Source of the DNA: an uncultured Methanoregulaceae archaeon | GTDB lineage: Archaea > Halobacteriota > Methanomicrobia > Methanomicrobiales > Methanospirillaceae | Assembly (NCBI GenBank): GCA_963717525.1 | Contig: OY970343.1 | Span: forward strand, 896,001 to 960,000 | Reading direction: 5' to 3' | Length of the DNA: 64,000 nt | Shown: one piece after another, positions 46,363 to 56,451 of the stretch | Position numbering within the stretch: the first letter of the stretch is position 1 | Layout: every line of letters starts with the position of its first letter | Made by a program: the position numbers and the translations under genes | Notes under the pieces: generated by a model | Database searches by the model: none | Seen by the model: the letters and a program-made list of their open reading frames with translations, nothing else | Told to the model about the DNA's origin: nothing

Positions 46363-47208
46363 ATGCCGGTCGGGACCCGGTCAGAGAGAAAGGGATCCGG
46401 GTCGTCATCACCGGGAAAGGTGGTGTCGGGAAGACCACCCTTGTGGCTCTCCTTTCCCACATCTTTGCAAAAGAGGGAAAACGGGTCCTTGCGATCGACG
46501 GGGACCCCCAGCAGAATCTCGCGGCAACACTCGGGATCCCCAAAGCCGAGGCGGAGCAGATCGTCACGGTATCGGAGAGCACAAACTACCTCCGCGAGAA
46601 AACCGGGGCCGGCCCGGACGTATCACCGGGCGGGCTTCTCACCCTCAACCCCGATGTCAGCGATGTGGTCGACCGGTTTTCTGTGCCAGCGGGCGATAAT
46701 GTCCGCCTGCTGGTCATGGGAGGCATAAAGGAGGCGGGCGGCGGATGCCTCTGTCCCGAATATACCCTGCTTGCCGCGATTCTCCGGCACATGCGGCTCC
46801 TCGAAGACGAGGTGATCATTCTTGATACGGCAGACCGGCCTCGAGCATTTTGGGAGGGCGGTGGCCGAAGGGTTCACCTGCGCGGTGGTCGTGACGGACC
46901 ACTCCTATAACGCAGTTTCCGTGGCCCGGAAATCCGCGGCGCTTGCGCACCAGCTGGGGATCGAAAATGTGATCCTCGTCGTAAACCGGGCAGAGGACGA
47001 GACCGACATCCGCAATGCCTGCGGGAGCGAGGGGGGCGTCACGGCGTTTTCGCAGACAATTGTCCTGCCTTTCGACCCCGGGGTCAGCCGGACTGATCCC
47101 GCGATAACCTCCCTTGTTGACAGCAATTCAACGTTTATCAGGAACGTTTCGACCCTTGCAGCGGCCATCGCCGGCCGGTGCGAGAGCTGGTCCCCGCCGC
47201 TTCGCTAA
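46363..47208 (+). CDS. cooC: CODH nickel-insertion ATPase; apparent frameshifts ~46390, ~46830
   Basis: ITGKGGVGKTT, IDGDP..NL, GGCLCPE (CxC), GLEHFGR. Confidence 0.88.
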
Positions 47209-47395
47209 CAACGGGGGCCGGGGAATTCTCTGGATTTCTCTTTTTCTCCATCCGCATCACCCTGGAAGATAAATCTCTTATCTCCATTCACCATTATGAA
47301 AATTCTCCGGCACATGTGCAGTGACCACCAGTGGACCGCTTGTTTATTGTGGGAAGGAACCAACGTCTGGTACCAGAACATAGGATGGTGAATGC

Positions 47396-48306
47396 ATGCA
47401 ACGCTCCGATCAACCTGTAGTTCAGGCCCATCATGCGGTCTTCTCGGTCACCGCACTCTCCTCCCGGTTTCCCGTACCGCCAGAAATCCCGGCCGATGCA
47501 CTCTGGGTCCTTATCGTCGGCCAGGGTGTGGCAATACGGGACGGCGACACCCCGGAGATCTATGCTCAGGCTGCCCCCCCACCGTACACCCGTTCCGGTC
47601 CGGTCGAGTATCTCGGCCACCGGGGCACCGTCCCCTTTTACGCAGTGGGCCTCCGTGAAGATGCCACGCTCCCGGAGGGCCTGGTTGTTGCCGGTGTGCG
47701 AGAGCTTTCGGCAGGATACCAGAAGAGGATCTCGCCATTGCATCCTTCGCGGTCCGGATGATCGGATCGGCAGCAGCGAGCCGGTTCTGTGGCAGGTGCG
47801 GCCATGCGACCGAACCGGTCCTTTCCGAGCGGGCATGGAAATGCCCGGGCTGCGGCCTTGGTGTCTATCCCCGCATATCTCCGGCAATTATCGTGCTAAT
47901 TATCCGGGGCGAAGAGATCCTCCTCGCTCGCTCTCCGCGGTTCCCTGCCGGTATGCATTCCGTGATCGCCGGTTTTACCGAACCAGGCGAGACGCTGGAG
48001 CATGCCGTTTGCCGCGAGGTGCGGGAAGAGATAGGTATTACCATAAAAAATATCCGCTATTTTGCGAGCGAACCCTGGCCGTTTCCCGATTCTCTCATGA
48101 TCGCGTTTGTGGCTGATTACGCTACCGGTGAGATCACCATCGACAATAACGAGATCGTTTCCGCGGGCTGGTTCTCCCGGGACAACCTCCCGGGACTCCC
48201 CGCACGTATGAGCATCGCGCGGGCGCTCATCGACTGGTGGGTAAAATCCGAAGAAATACCGGTATCAAAAAGCGACGCTGCAGGCAGCAGACGGCGATTG
48301 GCATAA
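47396..48306 (+). CDS. nudC: NAD(H) diphosphatase / NAD-cap decapping Nudix hydrolase; apparent frameshift ~47708
   Basis: FCGRCG..CPGC zinc ribbon, YPRISPAII, Nudix box GFTEPGETLEHAVCREVREEIG, SEPWPFPDS. Confidence 0.9.
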
Positions 48307-48363
48307 CCGCTGGCGATATAAACATAGATATAATATAAAGCCTTTAAATTCTGTTAGAGAGCA

Positions 48364-51300
48364 ATGGCGATGAATTCTGAACCATTAGGTACAGATCCGG
48401 ACATCCCTGACGGGGAGAGTGCCATCGATGTCTTTATTCTCTGCAGCGATGACCGGGATTCCCAGGAACTCAGCGGGCAGCTCGCACCACAGGGATACCG
48501 GATCACACTTTTTTCTGACAGCGCAGATCTGCTTACGACCCTCCATGCGGGAAAACCCAACCTTCTCATCTGCGACGCCACCGGCCCGGAACAGGATGGC
48601 TACGAGGTTTGCCGCGAGATAAAAGCAGACGGCGATCTCTGGAGGATCCCGGTGCTCCTTGTCACTGGTGTCGCAAGCCTGGGCAACCTCCTGGGAGTCC
48701 TTGACAGTAACGCAGACAACTTCATCGCCCGGCCCTATGATCCCCAGTACCTCCTCTCCCTGATCGAGACGATGCTTGCATCGCCGGTCGAAAAACCGGA
48801 TCCCGAGAAAGTCAGGACCCAGTTCAAAATCCGGCACGAGGACCGGGACTACGTGATCATGGCCGACCGCAGGAAACTCCTGGAGTTCCTGCTCTCCTCG
48901 TTTGAGATTGCGGTTGACCGGGCTGGCGAGCTCGTGCAGGTCCAGAACTCGCTGGACGGTCTCAAGGCCACGCTCGAACGACGGGTCGCAGACCGCACGA
49001 GCGAACTGGGCACAGAAACCGCCCGGCTCCAGATGCTTCTGAACGGGAAAGCCCGCGAGCTCGAAAGCTCTGCAAAAGCGCTGGATGTGCAGAAGAAGGA
49101 AGGGGAAGCCTTGCGTTCCCGGATTGACGAACGCGAGAAGATAATCGCCACACAACGGGAAGAGAACTCCCGGTTCACGCAGGAACTTGAATCGACCCGT
49201 GCACGGCTCGCGGAGGCAGAAGATTCAATCCGTACGCTCGGGACCGAAAAAGACGAACTCGAACAGGCCCTCCGTGGCGACGCAGAGTCCTTGAATCGTG
49301 ACCTCGGTCAGACGAGAAAGGACCTCGAAGAGGCAAAAAAGGAGCTCGCTGACCTCTCCGGGCACCGTGACGCGCTGGAGACACAGGTTGCAGATCTTAC
49401 CCGCAACCATGAGGATGCACAGAAAGCGCTGAACGCCGGGTCGATCGAGATCGGGCAGCTCAGGAGCGCACTTTCAGGAGAGAAGAACCGGGCAGAAGCG
49501 GCCGAGATGGAAGTCAAATCCATCCTGCAGGAGAAGGCAAAAGCAGAGCAGGAACTCCGGCAGATGGTTGAGGACATCACTGAAAAGGCAAAGCAGCAGT
49601 CACAGGAGTGCATGCGTCTTGCCGATGACCTAGCCGCCGAAAAAGAACGGCGAGAGGCTGCCGAGCAGCAATACCGTGTGGTTGTGCAGGAGGCGGCAAA
49701 AAAAGAGGCCGCGTTTGCCGCAGAAAAAGGCTCGCTTGTGGAGCACCACGAGGCATTCCAGCAGAAATACGACGCGCTGACGGAATCTTTTGGTGCCGAG
49801 CGCCAGAAGTGCTCGTCGCTCGAAACAGAAATTACCCGCATCACCGGGGCAAAAGAGCAGGCCGACCAAAGATTGCAGGCCGTACAGGAAGAGCTCCGCA
49901 CCACCTGTGCTACAGGTGATGAGGAACACCGCCTGCGTATCGCAGCAGAAACAAACGCCGAGGAGATGGCTGCGACAAAAGATGCGGAGGTTCAGGCGCT
50001 GAAAAACGATCTTACCACCCTCCGCGACGAACTCGGGCGCGCCAGGTCAGATCTGTTACAGGCCCGGCAGGAACTTGACGGCGCACTGGGCACGCATAAA
50101 GGACTCAGGGAGGAGCTTGCTGCAGCCGCTCTTACCGGTGCACAGGCCGAGAAGCTGGCCCGCTCGGCTGCGTCCGAAACTGAACAGGTCAGGGAAGAAC
50201 TGGAGACCGAGCGGCGCCTGCATCATGCAACCGAAGAGAAACTTTCGGAGATAACCCGGGTAAAGGAGCAGATCGAGCATAACCTTGGAGCCGTTGGGGA
50301 GCAGGCCGCGGCACAGGAGCGCGAGCTGCTCGCAAAGATTCAGGGGCTCAGCGAAGCCCTCGATGCAGAACGTGATGCCCGGGCACAGGCAGAAGAAACC
50401 CTTGTCCGCATAGCAGCAGAGAAGGAGACCGCACACCAGAAACTGCAGGAAGCAGCCGAAGAAAGGACAGCAGCGCGGACCACCGGTGAGCAGGCCGCGG
50501 CACGTGAACGTGAGCTGCTCGCAAAGATCCACGGGCTCACCGATACCCTCGATGCCGAGCGCGATGCGCATGCACAGGCCGATGACGAGCTCGCCCGTTT
50601 AGCGCGGGAGAGGGAGGTGGCGGATCAGCAGCTCAAAGCCGCTCTTGAAGAGCGGGTTGCGGAGGTGGGACACCGCAACGAGCGGATCGCTGCGCTCGAA
50701 GGTGATCTGAAGATCGCACTTGACCGGCAGCGGTCGCTCGAAGAGCAACTCCGTGCTGCAGAGCGGGAACAGGCCGAAAAAGAGGCGGCTATGCTGACCC
50801 TTTCTCGGGAGATCGAACAGGCTACCGCAGCACTCGACGCAGAAAAAGAAGAGCGGCAGGTGGCCCAGGAGGCTTATGCGGAAGCACATGACGCGCTTGT
50901 TGCACTCAGGAAAAAGCCGCAGATCCCCTCTACCGCGATAGAAGAGATCCCCATACGAGAGCACGCGATCGTCACACAGCATCCGGATCTTCCTGCAACG
51001 ATCAGGGAAGGGCCGCACGCCCTTACAAGAAAGGAGATCGGGCATGAGCTTCCGGTACCCCGGAACCGTTAGATCCTGTTCCTGCAGAAATGGAAAGTCC
51101 TCATGTGAGGATCAGGACAGTGGAGGACCTCTTTGAAGATCCACGGGAGCTCGGGGCCGACGAGCTGTCAGATGCGGTCCGGGGCACGATGCCACCGGTT
51201 GAAGGAAATGACCTATCTCGTGCACCAGAAGATGATCTTTCACCACCCTACGATACCGGGCAGGAAGAAACAGCGGAGGTCACCGGGGATGAGGAGCCCG

Positions 51301-51581
51301 GTGACGAAGATTCTGATGAGGACGAGAGCGGTTTTTCTCCCGGAGGAGCCGCGGGCGATACTGTCCACGGGGACGGCGTCCCGACATTCAGCCGCCAGCA
51401 GTGGTTTGAACTGGTAAAATGGGCGCACAACACGGATACGCTCAGCCATGACGAACGTATCAGGATCGTGAAACTTGGCCGTCTGATCCAGAAAGGCCGG
51501 GTTTTGACCCGGCGGCAGGAAGCGCAGCTTGCCGAGCTGATGCTGCTCGCCCGCACGAAGGGGTACCGGCCGCGGGAATGA
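48364..51581 (+). CDS. Response-regulator receiver domain fused to a long coiled coil, an acidic linker and a small C-terminal domain; apparent frameshift ~51060
   Basis: PNLLICD..DGYEVCREIK..IPVLLVT..ADNFIARPY receiver; ~650 aa E/A/K/R heptad-rich region; one extra C joins ORF 51090..51581. Confidence 0.8.
50299..50570 (+). repeat. Internal 189-bp-period duplication within the coiled-coil gene
   Basis: GAGCAGGCCGCGGCAC..GAGCTGCTCGCAAAGAT..CCCTCGATGC at 50299 and 50488 (EQAAA.ERELLAKI.GL...LDAERDA twice). Confidence 0.8.
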
Positions 51582-51692
51582 ACGGCCGGCCTGGCTGACA
51601 TTTTCCCTCGTGAAGATCGTACCCGGCTTCGGGCCGGGATTCCCCTTTTTTGTTTGATGCCCTTGTACAGGATCTCACAAATGTGTCCTGTA

Positions 51693-52442
51693 TCACAGGC
51701 GCCCGGTGCTTTTTACAGGGAACGACATCCTCACCGTGCCGGCCGGGCCGGGATCCTTCCGGATCGCGACATCCGAAAAGTACACCATGATGCCCAGACA
51801 AGCGGTCAGACCAGCCAGGCTTACCGGGAGGGCGAGAGCCGGTGCGATGATACCGGTGCTTTCAAGAAAGAGAAGGAGAAGGAGTATCGAACCGTGCTGG
51901 ATGTGATACCAGGAAATGCGGGGATCAGTCTCGTCGCAGGGGCGGATGGAACCGGCGATCTTCTCCCGGCTAAACGGAAAGAAGGGGAAGATTCCTTTTC
52001 GCGTGCAGAGATCCTCTGCCAGGTGGAGGCCCATACCAAGAAGGAGACCGGCTAAAAAGAGCGCGACATCCCCGGCAACTGCACGGTCCACGGAGATGGC
52101 AGGGACATACAGAAACAGGCCGGCACACGCAGTGATAAAGAGGATGCCGGGGATGGAGTGGGTGAGGCGCTTATCCGATGGACCAGTGGCCGGGTACCCT
52201 GTGCATGCAGAGATCCGGCACAGCACCGGGGCGCAGAGCTGCCGGGGAAGCTGGACGACAAGCCATGCCAGCGTGCGGAAGACAAACTTTTTTGGCCGGG
52301 ACATGTGGATATCGGGAAGGATTGCACCGATACAGGTGCCGAAGCAGAAGATGATGACAAGGAGCGGATTTTTGAAGACAAAGGAGCTGCAGACAATGAG
52401 GGCGCATATCAGGGCAAGTGCGATATGATGCCGGGTTATCAT
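51693..52442 (-). CDS. Metal-dependent membrane hydrolase (YdjM/DUF457-like)
   Basis: TRHH, GAILPDI, KRLTHS, HLAEDLCTRKGI..FFP. Confidence 0.75.
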   Translation of the reverse strand: MITRHHIALALICALIVCSSFVFKNPLLVIIFCFGTCIGAILPDIHMSRPKKFVFRTLAWLVVQLPRQLCAPVLCRISACTGYPATGPSDKRLTHSIPGILFITACAGLFLYVPAISVDRAVAGDVALFLAGLLLGMGLHLAEDLCTRKGIFPFFPFSREKIAGSIRPCDETDPRISWYHIQHGSILLLLLFLESTGIIAPALALPVSLAGLTACLGIMVYFSDVAIRKDPGPAGTVRMSFPVKSTGRL

Positions 52443-52831
52443 GGTTATAGATCCTCGTTTCTTCTTATGATTTACCGGCCAGCGGATCACAAAGATTAAC
52501 GCTGACTGGTTTTAGCTGCCGCCGGAATTACCCGGTGTTCGGGAGATATTGTTGCACCTGATGAGAGGCTTGGAAAATAATCTTGCGTCAGGCAAATATA
52601 TGTGTTGGGATTTTACTTATTTTTCAAGAGAGGTAAAGTAAGAATAGTTGACTGAATGTAGGAATACGGGTCGCGGTTCGCCGCTGTACCAGTAACGGAC
52701 AGCAGGAATTAGGTACGGTAACCGTACGGCTGACGACAAAATTCCGGCCGGGTCAACACTGGTGAGCAGTAACCGGAGCACTCTCATCTGTTCCGGACAA
52801 CTGATCATGTATACATCATTCGGGTCGGCAA

Positions 52832-52851
52832 AGTAACATAGTATAGTTACT
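52832..52851. promoter_or_regulatory. Palindrome AGTAAC-N8-GTTACT upstream of modA, candidate operator
   Basis: Seen in sequence ~85-105 bp upstream of modA in an AT-rich region; function inferred. Confidence 0.4.
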
Positions 52852-52935
52852 ATTTCGATAAAATAAAACAAAATTTTTAACTACTATCCTGTGAAAAGAT
52901 ACTTGAACAGATTAATTTTTGAGGATTGTTAAACC

Positions 52936-53883
52936 ATGAAAGATAAGCTGACACCATCTAACCTTGTACTTATCAGCATTGTCTGCGGACTCCTGATGAT
53001 AACGGCACTCTTTGCCGGCTGCACGCAGAGCACGAATACCGCCGCGGTTGCAACCACTGTACCAACGGAAGCGGCGACCGCGATGCCCACACCTGTGGCG
53101 ACTACTACCACCGCGATCCCGACCACGATGGCGACAACCGCGACACCGGTCCCGACCTACACGCCCTCGAACAGCAACCTTGTTGCCTTTACTGCTGCCT
53201 CATTGACCGGCGCATCAGGTACGATTGGCTCCTCATTCACCGCTGCCTATCCGGGAACTACGGTCTCCTTTGACCTTGATGGTACCCAGGCCCTCAAGAC
53301 ACAAGTTGAGAATGGTGCGTACGCAGATGTCTTTATCTCGGCAAGCAACTCCTACACTAACACCCTCACTAAAGAGGGGTATTTTGTCCCCAACTCGGTC
53401 AAGACCCTGACGACAAACTACGTCATCGTTATCCTGCCTGAATCGAACCCGGCAAACATCCAGTCTCTCGCCGATCTCGCAAAGCCCGGCGTAAAGATTG
53501 CGATGGAGGCAAAAACTGTCCCGGCCGGCACCGCAACGATAGCGGTCTTAAACAATCTTGCAAACGACACCTACAGCCAGAGCTGGATGAACCAGACCCT
53601 TGGTAACGTCGTGACCTACGAGACATCCGAGCCGGCCGTTGCAACCAAAGTCGCCCTTGGCGAAGTCGACGCTGGTTTTGTATACCAGTCCACGGCAACT
53701 GCAGCACCGAGTGGAACCTACCAGTCAATTACCATCCCCAAGAAGGATAATTATCTCCAGACCTACACTATCGGCATCCTTAACGGAAGCCAGAATAAGG
53801 CAGCGGCCGGATGGTTCGAGCAGTATATGCTCTCTTCCGCGGGGCAGAATATCCTCACGCAGTACGGGTTCATTGCCCCATAA
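52936..53883 (+). CDS. modA: Molybdate/tungstate ABC transporter substrate-binding lipoprotein
   Basis: Lipobox LFAGC, T/P-rich linker, FTAASL, ADVFISA, VPAG, GEVDAGFVY. Confidence 0.9.
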   Translation: MKDKLTPSNLVLISIVCGLLMITALFAGCTQSTNTAAVATTVPTEAATAMPTPVATTTTAIPTTMATTATPVPTYTPSNSNLVAFTAASLTGASGTIGSSFTAAYPGTTVSFDLDGTQALKTQVENGAYADVFISASNSYTNTLTKEGYFVPNSVKTLTTNYVIVILPESNPANIQSLADLAKPGVKIAMEAKTVPAGTATIAVLNNLANDTYSQSWMNQTLGNVVTYETSEPAVATKVALGEVDAGFVYQSTATAAPSGTYQSITIPKKDNYLQTYTIGILNGSQNKAAAGWFEQYMLSSAGQNILTQYGFIAP

Positions 53884-53959
53884 CTTAAAAAAAAGATCAC
53901 ACCCTTTTTAATGTGAGCCGGGCCGGCCGGTACTCCTGCCGGTATCAGATTGTGTCTCC

Positions 53960-54783
53960 ATGATCCCCAGATTCCTTTGGCCAAAAAACTACCGGCGGAG
54001 CCTGACCTACCTCGCCGCAGGGATCCTGATCGCTGCAGTCACGCTGTATCTTGCCCTGCCCATAGTCGCACTTTTTTTCAGGGTAACGCCGGAAATGTTC
54101 TTTACCGCGCTTCATGACCCCGATGTCATAAGCGCACTCTGGCTGAGTCTGATTACCACGTCCATCACCCTTGCCGTGGTCATCCTTGTCGGAACGCCGT
54201 TTGCTTACTTCCATTCCCGGTACTCGTACCCGGGAAAGGTGATCGTCGATACCCTTATCGATCTCCCGCTGGTCCTCCCCCGGCCGTTGCAGGGGTCGCC
54301 CTTCTCGTGTTATACGGCCGGGTCGGGATTCTCGGGCGGTACTTCACTATGTTCGGGATCTCGATTGCCTTTACCACGCTTGCGGTAGTTATGGCTCAGA
54401 TTTTTGTCGCATCCCCGTTTTACCTCCGTCAGGCAAAATCGCTCTTCGAGCAGCTGGACCCGGCCTACGAGCAGACCGCACGGACGCTCGGGGCGCGGTC
54501 CCTGCGGACGTTGACGCTCGTTACTATCCCTATGACTGCAGGTGGCCTTGTTTCTGGTGCTGTTATGACGTTCGGGCGGGCTCTCGGGGAGTTTGGCGCA
54601 ACGATCATGTTTGCCGGTAACCTGCCCGGGGTGACCCAGACCATGCCGCTTGCAGTATACGTGGGGATGGAGGGGAGCAATATCAACGTCGGGCTGACTA
54701 TCTCGATCCTGCTCGTGATTATCTCGTTTGCGATCATGATCGTCGTGCGTCTGATCCAGAAACGGGAGGCGGGCCGTGCTTGA
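53960..54783 (+). CDS. modB: Molybdate ABC transporter permease; apparent frameshift ~54280
   Basis: LPLVLP(P)AVAG, ARTLGA (EAA), RALGEFGATIMFAGN, TMPLAVY. Confidence 0.9.
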
Positions 54784-55474
54784 GGCTGTGATGGTAAAAC
54801 GCCTGCGTGACTTTACACTTGACCTTACGCTCAGTGCAAAGCCCGGGGAGATCACGGTCTTGATGGGCCTGAATGGTTCGGGAAAGTCAACGACCCTCAA
54901 TATCATCTCTGGCCTCCTGCAGCCGGACACCGCTTCGATAACCTTAAACGGCGAGTGCCTCTGCGGAACCCGCGAGGGAGTCGATATCCCGGCTGAAGAC
55001 CGGCGGATTGGGTACGTCCTCCAGAACCCGGCCGTATTTCCCCACATGACCGTGCGCGACAACGTGGCGTTCGGTCTTCGCGCCCGGCACCTCCCGCGGA
55101 AGGTCATTTCCGAACGCATCGCCTCCTGGTTGGAGCGCATGCATATCGCAGACCTTGACGGCGTAAGGGCAGGGAGCCTTTCCGGCGGGCAGAAGCAGCG
55201 GGTCGCGCTTGCCCGGGCCCTCGCCACTGAGCCGGTCCTCCTGATGCTTGATGAGCCATTTACCGCACTTGACGCGGAGAGCACACAAACGGTAAAGGAT
55301 CTCACGCGCCGGTTCGTCAGGGATATGAATATTCCCTGTATTCTCGTGACCCACCGGGTGGCAGACAGTGAAGAGATCGGGGACAGGGCCTGCGTGCTCT
55401 GCCAGGGCAGAATGGAGTGGGAAGGCGTTCCCGGCGATATGCCTGCGATATGCACGGTCTGCCGGTGTACGTGA
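54776..55474 (+). CDS. modC: Molybdate ABC transporter ATP-binding protein
   Basis: GLNGSGKST, FPHMTV, LSGGQKQRVALARAL, LDEPF. Confidence 0.9.
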   Translation: MLEAVMVKRLRDFTLDLTLSAKPGEITVLMGLNGSGKSTTLNIISGLLQPDTASITLNGECLCGTREGVDIPAEDRRIGYVLQNPAVFPHMTVRDNVAFGLRARHLPRKVISERIASWLERMHIADLDGVRAGSLSGGQKQRVALARALATEPVLLMLDEPFTALDAESTQTVKDLTRRFVRDMNIPCILVTHRVADSEEIGDRACVLCQGRMEWEGVPGDMPAICTVCRCT

Positions 55475-55780
55475 AGACCGGGGGCGGGCCGGAAGTTCCA
55501 TCGGCCCCAAGTGCCGGGATATGCACCATTTTTCCCAGTTGAGTAATACTATGAAACCTGAAGATCGGGCCGGGTAAGTTCGCGCCCGTTTTCTATTGTC
55601 TCCATCGTATTCTTTTGTGTGGTTTATAATCAACCGCTGTTCACCCCGGAGCCCCCGTTTTCTTCCGGCGTTCTTTGCAAAACAGGGAACACGGGCATAT
55701 TTATACCTAGGAGAAAAACACCTGATCGCGTGATTGCCGGTATATCCGGCCTGGCAAGAGACGCATGGGGTAATCATCCG

Positions 55781-56425
55781 ATGACTACCGATTCAATCGG
55801 GGCAATGATCAAAAAACAGGTAAAACCTGCGGTGCTGATTTTTTTGGTGCTCACCCTTCTTGTGGGCATTCTTTATCCGCTTGTGGTCACCGGTATCGCA
55901 CAAGTGGTATTCCCGACCCAGGCAAACGGGGATCTCATCATGCATAACGGGAAACTCGCCGGTTCATCGCAGATCGGCCAGCCTTTCTCATCCCCGCAGT
56001 ATTTCTGGGGGCGCCCCTCGGCCACCACCCCGGTCCCGTACAATGCCGGGTCATCGACAGGCTCCAATCTGGGGCCCAACAACCCGGCGCTTGTGCAGCT
56101 GGTCCAGGCCCGGGTCGATGCCCTGCATGCAGTCGATCCCGGTAACACCAACCCCATCCCGGTCGACCTTGTCACAGCCTCGGGAAGCGGCCTTGACCCG
56201 GACATCTCGGTAGCGGCCGCGTACTACCAGGCGCCTCGTGTCGCCCGCGAGCGCAACCTGTCAGAATCGGATGTCTCAGCGCTTGTCTCATCGCAGATCG
56301 AGCCCCGAGAGTTCGGGATATTCGGTGAGCCCCGGGTCAACGTCCTCTCGCTGAACCTTGCCCTCGACGACCTTTCTCTGCATACGATCTCCGTGCCGCA
56401 GGCCGGATCATCGCCCCCCCCTTAA
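55781..56425 (+). CDS. kdpC: K+-transporting ATPase subunit C (probably fused in frame to KdpA)
   Basis: YP..VTGIAQ, GSSQIGQPF..YFWGRPS, SGSGLDPDIS, RVNVLSLNLALD. Confidence 0.92.
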   Translation: MTTDSIGAMIKKQVKPAVLIFLVLTLLVGILYPLVVTGIAQVVFPTQANGDLIMHNGKLAGSSQIGQPFSSPQYFWGRPSATTPVPYNAGSSTGSNLGPNNPALVQLVQARVDALHAVDPGNTNPIPVDLVTASGSGLDPDISVAAAYYQAPRVARERNLSESDVSALVSSQIEPREFGIFGEPRVNVLSLNLALDDLSLHTISVPQAGSSPPP

Positions 56426-56451
56426 ACCACCCGCCCGATCTGGTCTTTGGT

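Noticed and set aside
48364..51072. SMC/Rad50 ATPase
   Set aside because: No Walker A/B or hinge/zinc hook; similarity is generic coiled coil
52640..52800. Moco/Tuco riboswitch upstream of modA (hairpin GTACGGTAACCGTAC)
   Set aside because: Could not identify the conserved multi-stem consensus by eye; needs an Infernal search
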